64,000 nt of DNA from Takakia lepidozioides. Its lineage: Eukaryota; Plantae; Bryophyta. A program made the translations under genes and the position numbers. Location of the stretch: the NCBI GenBank assembly GCA_030704615.1, contig CM060734.1:26598001-26662000 (forward strand). Reading direction: 5' to 3'. The notes under the pieces are model-generated. The model had not been told where the DNA came from. It ran no database searches and saw only the letters and a program-made list of their open reading frames with translations. Below are positions 25,371 to 36,512 of the stretch, one piece after another; the first letter of the stretch is position 1, and every line of letters starts with the position of its first letter.

Positions 25371-25770
25371 GACTGCACTCTTTTACCAGGGCCTGCACTC
25401 TAGAGAGATTGGCTATAGCTGACCCAGCTTTGAGTTTCACTGCCCTCAAGGGTACCACTATCTCATGGCCCTCACCATTGTTGAAGCGAAGGGAGGAATC
25501 TGCCAGACTGATGGTGGCACCAGCCCCAGTCATCCAGTCTAGGCCTAGCCGGAATTGATCTCCAGTAGTAACTATGCAGGTCACCGCAACCTCTTTTTTG
25601 TGAATTCTGATGGGTACAGTGACTAGACCCAAAGGCTCATATCTGGATTCATCTGCAATCAGCACTTCAATACCAAATGCAGGGCATAACTTAAGACCAA
25701 GAACCCTCACAACATTCAAAGATATAGCAGATATAGTACATCATGTGTCAATTATGCAGGGAAAGCTCAA
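25363..25770 (-). pseudogene. Retropepsin aspartic protease, disrupted
   Basis: CIIDT*CTISAIS (DTG site with a stop) and a downstream LGLDW motif. Confidence 0.82.
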
Positions 25771-26090
25771 CTCATGGATATGACATTGGGCCATGAGAGG
25801 GCTGATCTGTTGGCTAGCAGTCTGCCTGCTGAGAGGACAATGCAAGGCTTTGAAGTTAGTGGAAAAAACAGCTTGAATCGGAACAAGAGAGGTAGGGTTG
25901 GTAGATGGTGGACCTCTTGCCCCCTTCCCAAGAGGTCTCTCTAATTTAAAGGAGGGGAAGAACCACTAGCAGCTTTCTTGCGCTTGATCAGCTCTAGCAG
26001 CCCTCCTCTATCTGAACAATGCTTAGTCCAGTGTTTGCAGCACGATTGCCTTCATAAGCTTGACCAGTCTGGGTACGACCTCTATTGTTA

Positions 26091-26900
26091 TCACCTGCTT
26101 GTCCTTACGCAGGCCGAACGCTGCTGATGAGCTTGCATGACAGTAAACTGAGTAGCTACAGACTCACTGAGACTTCCTACTGTGTTGGCCAATCCTCGAC
26201 GGGTAAAGTCGTCTGTCTTGCATTGCATAGCAGAAGGAACATAAGATGAAGATGTTGCAGTCATACCAAGCTTGGAGCCCACTATAGCCTGAAACTTGGC
26301 ATGGTATTGCATTGATTTGATGTCAGCCAAGTCTACCATCTTAAGATTAACTTCAGCTAACATAGTTTTGTCATTGACAAACTGACAACGTTGAGCCCAG
26401 TTCTGAATAGCAGGGGGTAATCCAAGGATAAAGTACCTCTTAACCATGCGGTCTCTCTCTGCTGGGTCAATGATATTCTCAATAGCAGCAAACTTGATAT
26501 CCATGTAGTATTTCCACAAGGATTCTCCAGACTGGTAAGTCTTAGAAGATAGTTTGGTAAAGCAGTCCAGAGTCCTTTCAGGAGGTTTGAACAGGATCTT
26601 TGCCCACTCTACAATGGATGCCCAATTGAGGCTGGGATCATCCATGACTGCTGCATGCAGCAAGTCACGAGCTAACCCCTTCATGCTCATCCTAAAGATA
26701 GTCATTTTGAAATTCTCAGGGACACCATTCACATTAGCAATCACCTCAAACATCTAAAGATATCTATCAAAGTCGTCTCCCATGTTATATTCTGGATAGG
26801 GCTGAGTGGTTAACTGAGGGATCATGTGACAAGGCAAGCTATGGTTCATGTATCCAGGAAGAACAGATCCATGAGCAGGGCATCAGAGAACCATGGCCTG
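26091..26900 (-). pseudogene. Gag capsid region; a long degenerate low-complexity ORF extends upstream to ~28900
   Basis: YQSGESLWKYY...YFILGLPPAIQ (retrotrans_gag major homology region-like). Confidence 0.78.
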
Positions 26901-27380
26901 AGTTTGGGCAGTAGCACCACTAGCATGTACATGATTAGCAGCAGATGTGGAATTGTGACCCGAAATATTATTGGCTGACCGTATGGCAGTAGAAGAAGGC
27001 AGACTTGTATGTGATGTCGCCATACCCATGGGAAGGATATGTGACATCATATGTTGTTGAGCCGCAGGATGGACTGATTGCAAGTGAGGCTGTGGCATTC
27101 CACTCACGGAAAAAGTGGGTGCCACTCCCACTGGCTGAACTGACATGGACCCTACATTATGGACAGGAGAAGTGCTAATACTACTAACATGCATGCCTAC
27201 AGGCTGGCTGGCAGCAACTGGTGGTATGCCCGCTTGCTGGACAAGGAGGGCTCCCGCATGGGTGCTAGCACTAGGAACCCAATTGGCAATCGAGCTAGAG
27301 GGTGCTTGCATCATGACCCCTCTACTTTGAACAGGACCAGAGACACTCAACAGAGGAGCACCACCCGAATGCAAACCCGA

Positions 27381-27590
27381 ACCCATAGGCAAAGATATCC
27401 CTCCCCCGAGAGTGGGATTAGGGAGATTCACGACATGCATTACATTAGCGTCCGCACTAGTCACCTGGGCCGGCATACCACTCGTACCGAACCCACAGGC
27501 AAAGACATCCCTCCCCCAAGAGTGGGATTAGGGAGATTCACGACATGCATTACATTAGAGTCCACACTAGTCACCTGGGCTGGCATACCG
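27381..27590. repeat. 110-bp tandem duplication inside the gypsy element
   Basis: acccataggcaaagatatcc... at 27381 recurs as acccacaggcaaagacatcc... at 27491. Confidence 0.9.
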
Positions 27591-29059
27591 TTCGTAGCAG
27601 CTCGAACATCCAAGACCGCCCTATGGACAAAATCCGGACTTTGCAACTGTGTCGTGGGCTCGCTGTCCTGAGTCACTACGGCCGCGTCAGCTCGAACATA
27701 GACAGGAAAATTCGTAGGATCGAGCATTCCAGACTCCTCAGCCAAGCTCTCATCTCTCACCCTTGCAACAACACCATCACGTAACGGCTCTAGCTCTCCT
27801 TCTAAAGCACCAGTGTTCAAAAAAACATCATTGGATATTACATGCCTGCAGGTTGTCCGATTTTTCACTTATCCCAGGTACGCATTCACCAAGTGACTCC
27901 CTCGAGCTATCCATGAGCCTCTGTCTACCAGATCTCAGCCAAGCAGTCTTACCTAGCATACAAGAAATGAAAAAAAATAGACTTGGGAAATTTGACCTTT
28001 AAGCAGCAAGGATGTGAAGAGAAGGTCGAGCAACCCACGTAGAGCAGCACGTAATCCTCAGCACCTTGTGTGACTGCAGCTCGTAGATGCCCAAAGCTAG
28101 TCACTCCCAACCTTCAGTGTTCTTGATCCAAAAGCTCACACAAGTGGTGTCACCCTCCCGCCACGTTCGTGAGAGCACAACTAAAACAGGGTAGTTATCA
28201 AATTCTTAAAGGCACTCGGGCGAACCACCGAGTAGCAAAGGTGGTACCCACACCCAGGATTACCAAGTCAGACGACTGCACAATCAGGGCCCCACCCCTC
28301 AAGCCGTCAATCAACCGTGAGTATGTGGGTGGCAACGCACAGGGTCGGAGGTGAAATCGTAAAGTGCGCAACACCAGTGCCCCCGTGCCCTACAGCATCA
28401 ACGAGAGCCAATTCTGCCCTACTGGGCCAGGGCCATGATGAAGCTCCACGCTTCGAACGCCAGAGAGAGGCAAACATAGGCCAAGTTCTAGCCACGTCAA
28501 CTCCCGGTGATGCAGAAAGCGCGACTTGATCGCCCTTGATGGCAAGCGCTCAGAGTTGCGCAGCTCGAATTCTTTCTGAGCAAGCTGCCTAGCTCTAGAA
28601 ACCACTGCACTAGACTCCAGCAAGGGCCTTGCAAACAAGGACTCGTGATGACTAGTTAATGCGGCAAGGTCCCCTTTCTCTATACGTTCAAATCAAAGAT
28701 GATCCTCCTCACTGACTTCACATAGAAGGTCATCTACCTCTTGTGACAATTCAATATCCCTCTCCAATTCTGCTGGTTGCTGCCTACTCTCAAAGTACTT
28801 AGGCCCATGATCAACAAAATTATCAAAATTGTAATACTCCGGGTCACAACTATCTAAAGAACTGTCAGATCTCTCAGGACTTGGTGACCACGCCTCTGCC
28901 TCCACTAGGTTAGCATAGTCACTATTACCAAGAGAGCCTAACGGAACGACAGATCTGGATTATGAGCGTCGGGCTCAGGTAATGGCGACACTGGCAAGGC
29001 AGCACTGCCAGGCAGCGCGTTGTTAGTGGTGTTAGCAACAACAAGATGATCAGCAGAAT

Positions 29060-29265
29060 GAGAAGCTAGGAAACGGTATGAAAGGCAGGCAAATCGGAAG
29101 TGGAGGGAAGTGAAGTTTGAGGCAGGCACGGAGGTCTGGTTGAACATCAAGAATTTCCGACTACCTCCGGAAGTGAGTCCAAAGTTCGTACCTCCGTATG
29201 CGGGACCCTTTCGCATTCCGGAAGGTTATGAATGAGGATGTGTATAAATTGGAGCTGCCGGCAGC
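29060..29265 (+). mobile_element. Antisense fragment of a different (chromovirus/Tf2-type) integrase C-terminus inside the gypsy leader
   Basis: EARKRYERQANRKWREVKFEAGTEVWLNIKNFRLPPEVSPKFVPPYAGPFRI/KVMNEDVYKLELP (GPF motif). Confidence 0.8.
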
Positions 29266-29521
29266 AAGATTAGTTTCAAGAGCATCAGCAGAGTGGATCG
29301 TAGCAGCAGGATTAGCCTCGATCGTAAGCACTACACTAAGTTGCAAAAATAGACTTTCTCCTTCTCTGCGAGCTACACAAAAATGCGGCAAGGCGAGGAG
29401 CCGCCATTGATAACACAGATCAGCGAGCACTTAGCAGGGATTAGTGCAGATCCCGCAAGAAGACCTAACTGAACCTGACAGCACGGGCAGGAACCACCAA
29501 ACGCTTATGCTACCCGGCTTC

Positions 29522-29530
29522 TCTCCACCA
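29522..29530 (-). promoter_or_regulatory. Primer-binding site; 9-nt complement to a tRNA-Ala-type 3' end (TCTCCACCA)
   Basis: TGGTGGAGA directly follows the 5' LTR on the coding strand. Confidence 0.6.
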
Positions 29531-30024
29531 TAAAACAAGCCTGAAGCATATGTTCATTTCTTCTCAAGCAGCAACTTTTCACAATGAAGGGGCAAGCAAG
29601 AAGAACGAGCGATGCACGAGAGGAGGATCAATACGGGAATCTGACACAAAGGAACTCTCATCCACTGCATGTGCACCAATTTCACATATACACGTCGTAC
29701 CCCCGGCGTTGCAATCATGGTCGCCGAGAACAATGGAGCGTGACACACAGATGTGGCCCCGCCCCCAGCACCCGAGTACACCACCCCTTACCTGTGTCAG
29801 GGCGCCGTCTTTTTACCAGAAGCCCTAGCTTCTACTGCTTGCCGCGTGCCTAGGTGAGCCCGCGGCGCCTTTTGGCAGCCCTAGATCTGATGAAGGGCCA
29901 GGATGTGGCCACTAACCTAAACTAACCTTGGCTGAAATATCATTGTAACTGTTTAACGGTACTTTTAGCCGAAAAATTATACGATGAAGGAGATTTCTAG
30001 GCTAGGAAAGAATGGGCCTTCACA
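29531..30024 (-). repeat. 5' LTR of the gypsy element (lacks the terminal AGGCTTCACA; carries a ~70-bp insertion near 29693-29767)
   Basis: Direct repeat of 23297-23744. Confidence 0.92.
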
Positions 30025-31007
30025 GCTTTGAGCTCTCTGATTAGATGTTGATTATGTACACACACTTGTGCTATTTCAGCTATGAATGGTTTGAAGAATC
30101 TATAAGCTTGTACCTACATCGAAAGGAGTTACCTTATGGAGTCACTTGTGCTTTTCCTACTTCTCCGTTGCTTCCTGTAAGATATGAAAGTGAGGAGGCA
30201 GATCTATTTGTGAGAAGGGCCTACTTAGTGTGCATCTCATTACATCTTGGAAAACTTGAAAACTGATTTTGCAGGAAGGACTTGTAAAGGAAGGTATGGA
30301 GGGAGATCTGGGTTCAGACAATATGAGTGCGTTAGTTATGAAGCTACTAAGCTTACCCTCCCATCCTTCTGGTTAGGGTGAGGTTACTATGTCAATGGTT
30401 GCCAGGTAGACCAACAGTTCCAATGGGTGAGAATACATAACCCCACCCACCCACCCTCTTAAATAGAGTTGTCTTACAAATCTTGCTGTTTAGACTACTT
30501 TTGCTGGGAACTGAAAAACTATGAGTGTATGTGATGGTATCTTTATCTCTTTCCTACCATCCTAGATCAAACCTTGAACACAACCAGCTTGGAAAGCCAA
30601 GAGGTCGGTGGTAGGTCAGACAGCAAACCAACACACCAAGCACAAACCAGCCAGGGGAGAGAGGTCTCTGTGTGTGAGAGTACACAGGATTCAACTCTCT
30701 ATAAATGACCAACTGAACAAGAGCATGGGTTAATTTAGTATCAAAATTCCTACACTGATGCAGACCTTCAAGAAGAATGAATGTAAGCCAATTTAATGTG
30801 GCAAACAGTCTTGTTGGTCAACGGAGGCCCTTGAGGGAACAGCTGCCATCAATCTTAGCAGCTTGGGACAAAAGCTTTACACAGCCTCGCATTCACAACA
30901 CAGGAAGGCAGAAACCACGACGGTCATCTATCCTAGCTATATCAGGGAGAATCTTTCTTCAAAGCTTCTTGGGATAGTATTCCAGGAGTGGAGACTGCCC
31001 AAAGGGC

Positions 31008-34000
31008 TTAGCGACGCCACCAGCTGGTAAGGAGGCTCTTCTTCTCTGGTTTCTTTTTCAACCACCCCTCGAGTGATGGAAACTCTATGGTATTCAGTGC
31101 TGTGTCCAATACAATTGGTCGGCATGGCACGGCCTGAAAAGGGGGTGGTATTTGTACTATCCGTGGAGGTTCCTTAGAGCCTGGTGCAAAGCCAAATGCG
31201 GTCTCATACTTATCCAGTTTGTCTACCAGGTACTGAGCCTCCTCCTGTGAGCAGTACAAGGAGTCACATTCATCAGAGATGCTTATACGTCACCTACTGC
31301 ACAAAATTTGTAACCTTCAGAAACACATCTAGACAAACCATACCTACTGCAAGTTTTGCTTCCCTGTCAAAGGAACATTTAGGTCTGGTTGGCTTGCATA
31401 GTTGCAAAGTGACAAATTCCTTATGTAAATTCACACCCAAAAAGCTTGACAATAACAAACACATGCTGTATACTTTTGGCCGTAAATAACTGGGTACGCA
31501 GTCATTACCCGCCTCATGGAGAGCTGAGGCTTGAGTGATATCGCAGCAACACCTTCATGGACTGACTGTTCAGATTTGGCTGCCTCTATCACCCCGCGTG
31601 CATGCACCACACATGCCTCTGCTCTACTTCTCTTTCTCAGCTCTTCAATCTCCTGTCTTAACCCCTGCACAGCACAACCCAAAAACGATGGAGGGATGGG
31701 GGATAAATGGGAGAGAGACAGCAATTATACAACTGTGCAACTGAGATACAGAAGAAGGATCTGCTATAGACTGATTGACAAAAGAAAGAAGACGGTCAAG
31801 CAAACAAACCCATCTGAATGGAACCTACAGAGCTCAGAACGAACTGGACAGCTGTTCAAGAAAGTAGGTGCCATTCACTACCTCATCTGGAGCTGGCATT
31901 TGCTCAAATTTTTGGAAAGCTGAATCAGTATGCTCCTGTGCCCGTTTGAACAACACATATGCAGCTGCATACTTTGCTGCAATGCTGTAAGACTGCGCTA
32001 GGTAGAAGCACCTGTCCAGGTCACAGACTTCTTTCTTTACCATCATGACTCAGTAATCCTGAGCACTGGCTCACAGTGCCATGTCAAACTCACTTCTGCA
32101 GGAGAATGGTCATCAGTAGAAATCAATCTAAGATGGCCTTAGAAAAACCTCTCTCCCTACGAGCAAAGCACCCCTGAACAGGGTTCCACACTTCCAAATA
32201 CCCTTGAAGGAGGGTGTCACCACTCACAAAATTGCAATGATACCCATGCTAAGATCTGGACTGCACACAATTACCTTCCAGCTTGAAAAGATACATGCTT
32301 GGCGGCAAGCTCCTCCGCAAAAGAGACCTCATTCTCTCTCTGCTCCCTTCCCGAAGTGGTAAGATCTGACAAATCTGTCACATTCTGTGATGCAGAAATA
32401 ACACAATGGTAACTAGAGAGTTGCAAATGAGATATTCTCCCATGTCCCAAGTTAAATTATCTCTAGACCAGCTACAATAGCCTGCCTGCTACCTAAGAGC
32501 GACCTACTATAAGTCTCTTCAGCACACTATACTCCTCTTGCTTGCTCCTTCCCCCTCCCACCCGCCACAGCAGTCCTTCTGTCTTTCAGTCAAGTCAGCC
32601 CACCAGGGAGTTCTGTCTTTTAATCCCTTGTCATGAAAAGACAATCAAAAGGTTTAGAACATATACTTGGATGAGAGTGTCATAGAGACGAACAAGATCT
32701 TCAGGCTTAGCTGGTTTTTCTCCTTTTTCCTCACGGAACCCCAGCTGCTGCCGGCTGAGGCGTGCCTTGGCTACAGCCACCAGTAAGAGGTTCCGCTCAA
32801 GAGTCCGCTGCAATAGTATGCTGCTGACTGCTTTGTCTAAGGATGTCAACTCCTCTTTCACATCCTCAGCACTCCCTGCCATCAGCTGCAATGCCGGAGG
32901 AGATAGAAAACTCAAATGTTGCAATTTCCAAAAAAAAAGATAAAATACATTCACCCTGATGTCCATAAAAGCACCACAAATATAGGTGCACCCAAAAGAC
33001 CCTAGATTTTACCAGGGATGATAGCATAAATTTCTAAGCATCCACGTTAGCAGGGAACTCATGCACGTTGAATTGTTGAGGCAGATGCTGTTGCAATTTC
33101 CAAAAATAATTCTAAAGCCCAGCGGTGGATGTGTGTATGTAATGCTCACACACCACAAGGTGAAGTGGTTTTTACAAACCAGGGATGATAGCATAAATTT
33201 CCAAGCATCCACGTTAGCAGGGAACTCATGGCCGTTGAATTGTTGAGACAGATGCAATATGGGTAACTGTTGGACCTCAGCACTGCTCATAGTGGCAAGC
33301 AAGCCAAGGGTGATTTATAAAACACCAAAACTGCATGCCAAGAATTGTACACACTTTCTAGCAAAGATGAGCCACAATTTCATCCAACATCCAAGACAAG
33401 ACTGAAAACCAGGCAGCAGATAACACAACCCACCAGATCTTCTCGGATGTGGCGCTTGGCATCTTGGTAAGCCCCAAACATCTTGTCATAGAGGGCAAGT
33501 TTTTTGTCTGCAGGCAGTGGTGTTATTGATGAGTCCACCACGTCCTTCTCCAACTCCTGCGCTGCTTCCAACCATGCCCGGCACACACTCACGAACCAAT
33601 TCAGTCAACATGTGGCTCCAAACATAAAAAGACCTTTAGATCTGAAAATATCCGTCGTTCTTAGACTATGGAACATGATACAGGTACTTTGTAACCTCTA
33701 CAAGACCTCTCCTGCATGTTGCACCTTTCGGCTCACACTTTGGAGTTGGCACATTACCTAAAGATCAATAGCATAGATTTACACTCAATTATGATCTTGG
33801 ATGCATTACATCAGCGGAAATGTTGGACAGGTCCATGGTGGGAATCAACATCAGGGGCTTCGGGGCCAATTGATCACCATCGTACCATTTCCAGAAGGCC
33901 ACAAATCTCCTACTACATGTACATCGGTTGCTAATGCTTGCGAACCAAGACACTGCTCTTTGCTGCTTTGAAATGACATTAAGCATATTAGGTGTAGGCT

Positions 34001-35549
34001 TGCCAGAAGTGCAGTGGATAGGTTTAGTGATCAACCTTTCAAAATGCAGACACGGGTCTTCTCATTGTTGATTGGCAGCTTCTGGCCCAGCCATTCAAGC
34101 TCAGTCATGGAGACAGCTTGCCTTGACCGCGCATCTTCCATCACTGCCTGCAGATCACCCTTGACGTACTTAGTAGACTTCCATACTTCAGAGATATCTC
34201 CATACTTCATGCAACACCACAGGCTCCTGAAAATATCTTATGTATTTTGTCTGCAGGTTTGTGTTGCTGCAAAAGATGGCCTTGCCTCCCTGACATGCCT
34301 TCCATAATAGCCTGAAATCCCTAAAGTGTGAAGCGGCCTTCAATGGCACCCAAAATAAAGACTAGAAACAAGAGATGTAATGACACCTCAAGCTTTGACT
34401 GAAGAAGATCAAGGGCCGGGCCCTCCTGAGTGCTGAAATCAAGCAGGTCAGAGCCCTGAATGTTGGAGTGCCCCATTTTGTAGTTGCAGTAGCGAATGGG
34501 GGGGTCCAATTCTTCCACCCGCTGCCTGCAGAGTACCTGGTTCTCTACATCCCCATATTTTCCTAGCTCCTCATATACACCTCTGTTCACCAGGGAAGAG
34601 AACATACATCAGTGTAACAGAAAGGGTCATGTACTCCAACAGTGAGCCTGCTGGAAACCTCTACCAGAAAGAGTTTACCACATATAGTGCTGAAGTCAGA
34701 GGTTGATAGCACTCCCATAAAACAGAAAGCCGAAATTACAACAGAATTCAGGGAGGCCTCCACCAACCTGGCAGTTTTGAACTTCCTAAAGGCCGTCTCC
34801 CAATCATCTTCACGCTCTAGCAACAAGTTGCCTTGCATGTATGCGGCATATGCCTGTTAGGAAAAAGATTTGCCCCCTTTACACATCAAGGCAGCCAACT
34901 GATATTCACTACTATTGTTGGTTATAGAAAATACGACGGGAATTGCAAGATCCCATCTGCACTCTGTAATTTCACAACCCACTCAAGCCATAGATTCAGG
35001 AGTTGGCATCAATGGGCCGCTCCATTTCACAACTTCGGACAGAATGCATTCAGTGTGGAAGGTGGCATCTTAGATGCTTGCATCAATAAGGAGACAATGT
35101 AATGCCTTATTCAAAACCCTAACAGTGACCTTATCCCCTCATATATTGACAGCCCAGAAAGTAGAGGGTCATACCGCTGCTTCCAGAGCAGTTCGAGAGT
35201 CAGCCTTTTCAGTGCAAAGGCGGGCAAAGAGATTCCCCCATTTGGCTGCCTTTGTTAGCCGACGAATCAAATGCATGTGCTGCCGTGCTTTTTCACCAAG
35301 AGGTGACTGCTTGATCTCCATAGCATAGCTCCAGGCTCGCTCGGCCGAGTAAAGAACCACATGCAGGTACCTGTAAGGAGCCTCAGTTGTGTAAGTGTAT
35401 GAATGGGCTTGCCAAGATGAGCTATTGAAAGAAGGGCGTGTCCAGGTAGGGTATAATGCATAGAATGATTGTGAATCAAGAGAGAATACAGAATAGAGCA
35501 CTCGGGTGAGCTGCCAATCATGAGACATGTCTTCATCAGCGAGACAAAG

Positions 35550-35588
<39 letters not shown>

Positions 35589-36193
35589 CACGTTTGTTAC
35601 AGTTGTCTCCACAACCGGCTTCTTCACGTATTTGCCACGCCCGTGCTTGAAGTTGAGTGACTTGTAAAGTCGCATAAGCCGTGCCGTACAATACCTCCTG
35701 CACAATGAGAAAATGTCACCAACCGAAATGTATAAGGACCAGCTCTCGAACGAGTGCCGGGAAAGACAAGTACCTGTAACGCTGATAGTCCCCAAAACGA
35801 AGCCCGTGCTGTGACTGAGCTCCCTTAATCAGCTGCAGAACTGCCACCTCCCACTCCCATGCCACAATTTTTCTCAATTTCACTTCAAGTACTGTGCCTT
35901 GTATCTCCATACACAACTTGTCGAGCGCAAAGATATCAGAAAACCCTAAAACTCAAACGAGACTTTCCCTACTCTTGTGCAACTCTTTCTTCTCGACCTC
36001 ACATTGAAATCCATCGCTTCTTGTGACACTCACTGGACCACAATCCATGATGCACTCTTCCTGAAGAAACTGCGAGAATCGAAGGAAATCGTGGACTTTC
36101 TCACTCACCGTTAAATGAGAAGCGTACCACCTGGACTGGTGCCGGATCTCCACCAGATCCCACATCGACATCCATGGCGTCTGGAGAAGCCAT
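31008..36193 (-). CDS. SRP68: Signal recognition particle subunit SRP68, multi-exon
   Basis: Exon peptides VLQLIKGAQSQHGLRFGDYQRYR, RYCTARLMRLYKSL, LYSAERAWSYAME, HLIRRLTKAAKW, RQRVEELDPPIRYC, KPEDLVRLYDTLIQ and PPPFQAVPCRPIVLDTA. Start MASPDAMDVD at 36193, stop at 31008, GT-AG introns. Confidence 0.95.
35548..35585. repeat. (AG)n microsatellite in an SRP68 intron
   Basis: Seen directly in the sequence. Confidence 0.9.
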
Positions 36194-36512
36194 TGCTAAA
36201 TACAAAATGTGAGCTGGGGATGGTAGCCGGGTCGATCAGATCTGCCTCATCTCACAGCGACGCTCTCTCATCACAGTAGCCAACGAGTTTCCCTAGCAAG
36301 AGGGATGTCCTGTAATTGCAAACCATTCACCGTTACCGTTACCGTTACCATTAGGCCGCAGCCGTTAGCGCAGGCAGTCATCGTCGTTAACAATCGTTGG
36401 TAATCAGCGTTAGGCCACCTGCCCCTCACAAGTAGATGGGATGGGCAGTGTGTAAGTAGACGAGAGAGCATTCCATACAACGTGAGAGACAGGTAAGGAG
36501 AGAGACAACGAT
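36194..36512. promoter_or_regulatory. Putative bidirectional promoter/5' UTR region shared by SRP68 and the MOSC gene
   Basis: Only ~320 bp separate the divergent ATGs; (CCGTTA)x3 lies at ~36330-36347. Confidence 0.6.

Larger units (their letters stand above)
23287..30024 (-). mobile_element. Ty3/gypsy LTR retrotransposon, non-autonomous (gag-protease-integrase, no RT/RNase H), degenerate
   Basis: TGTG...CACA termini, 4-bp TSD GCTT (23283-23286 and 30025-30028), LTRs at 23287-23744 and 29531-30024. PBS TGGTGGAGA lies next to the 5' LTR and a purine tract lies near the 3' LTR. Confidence 0.93.
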
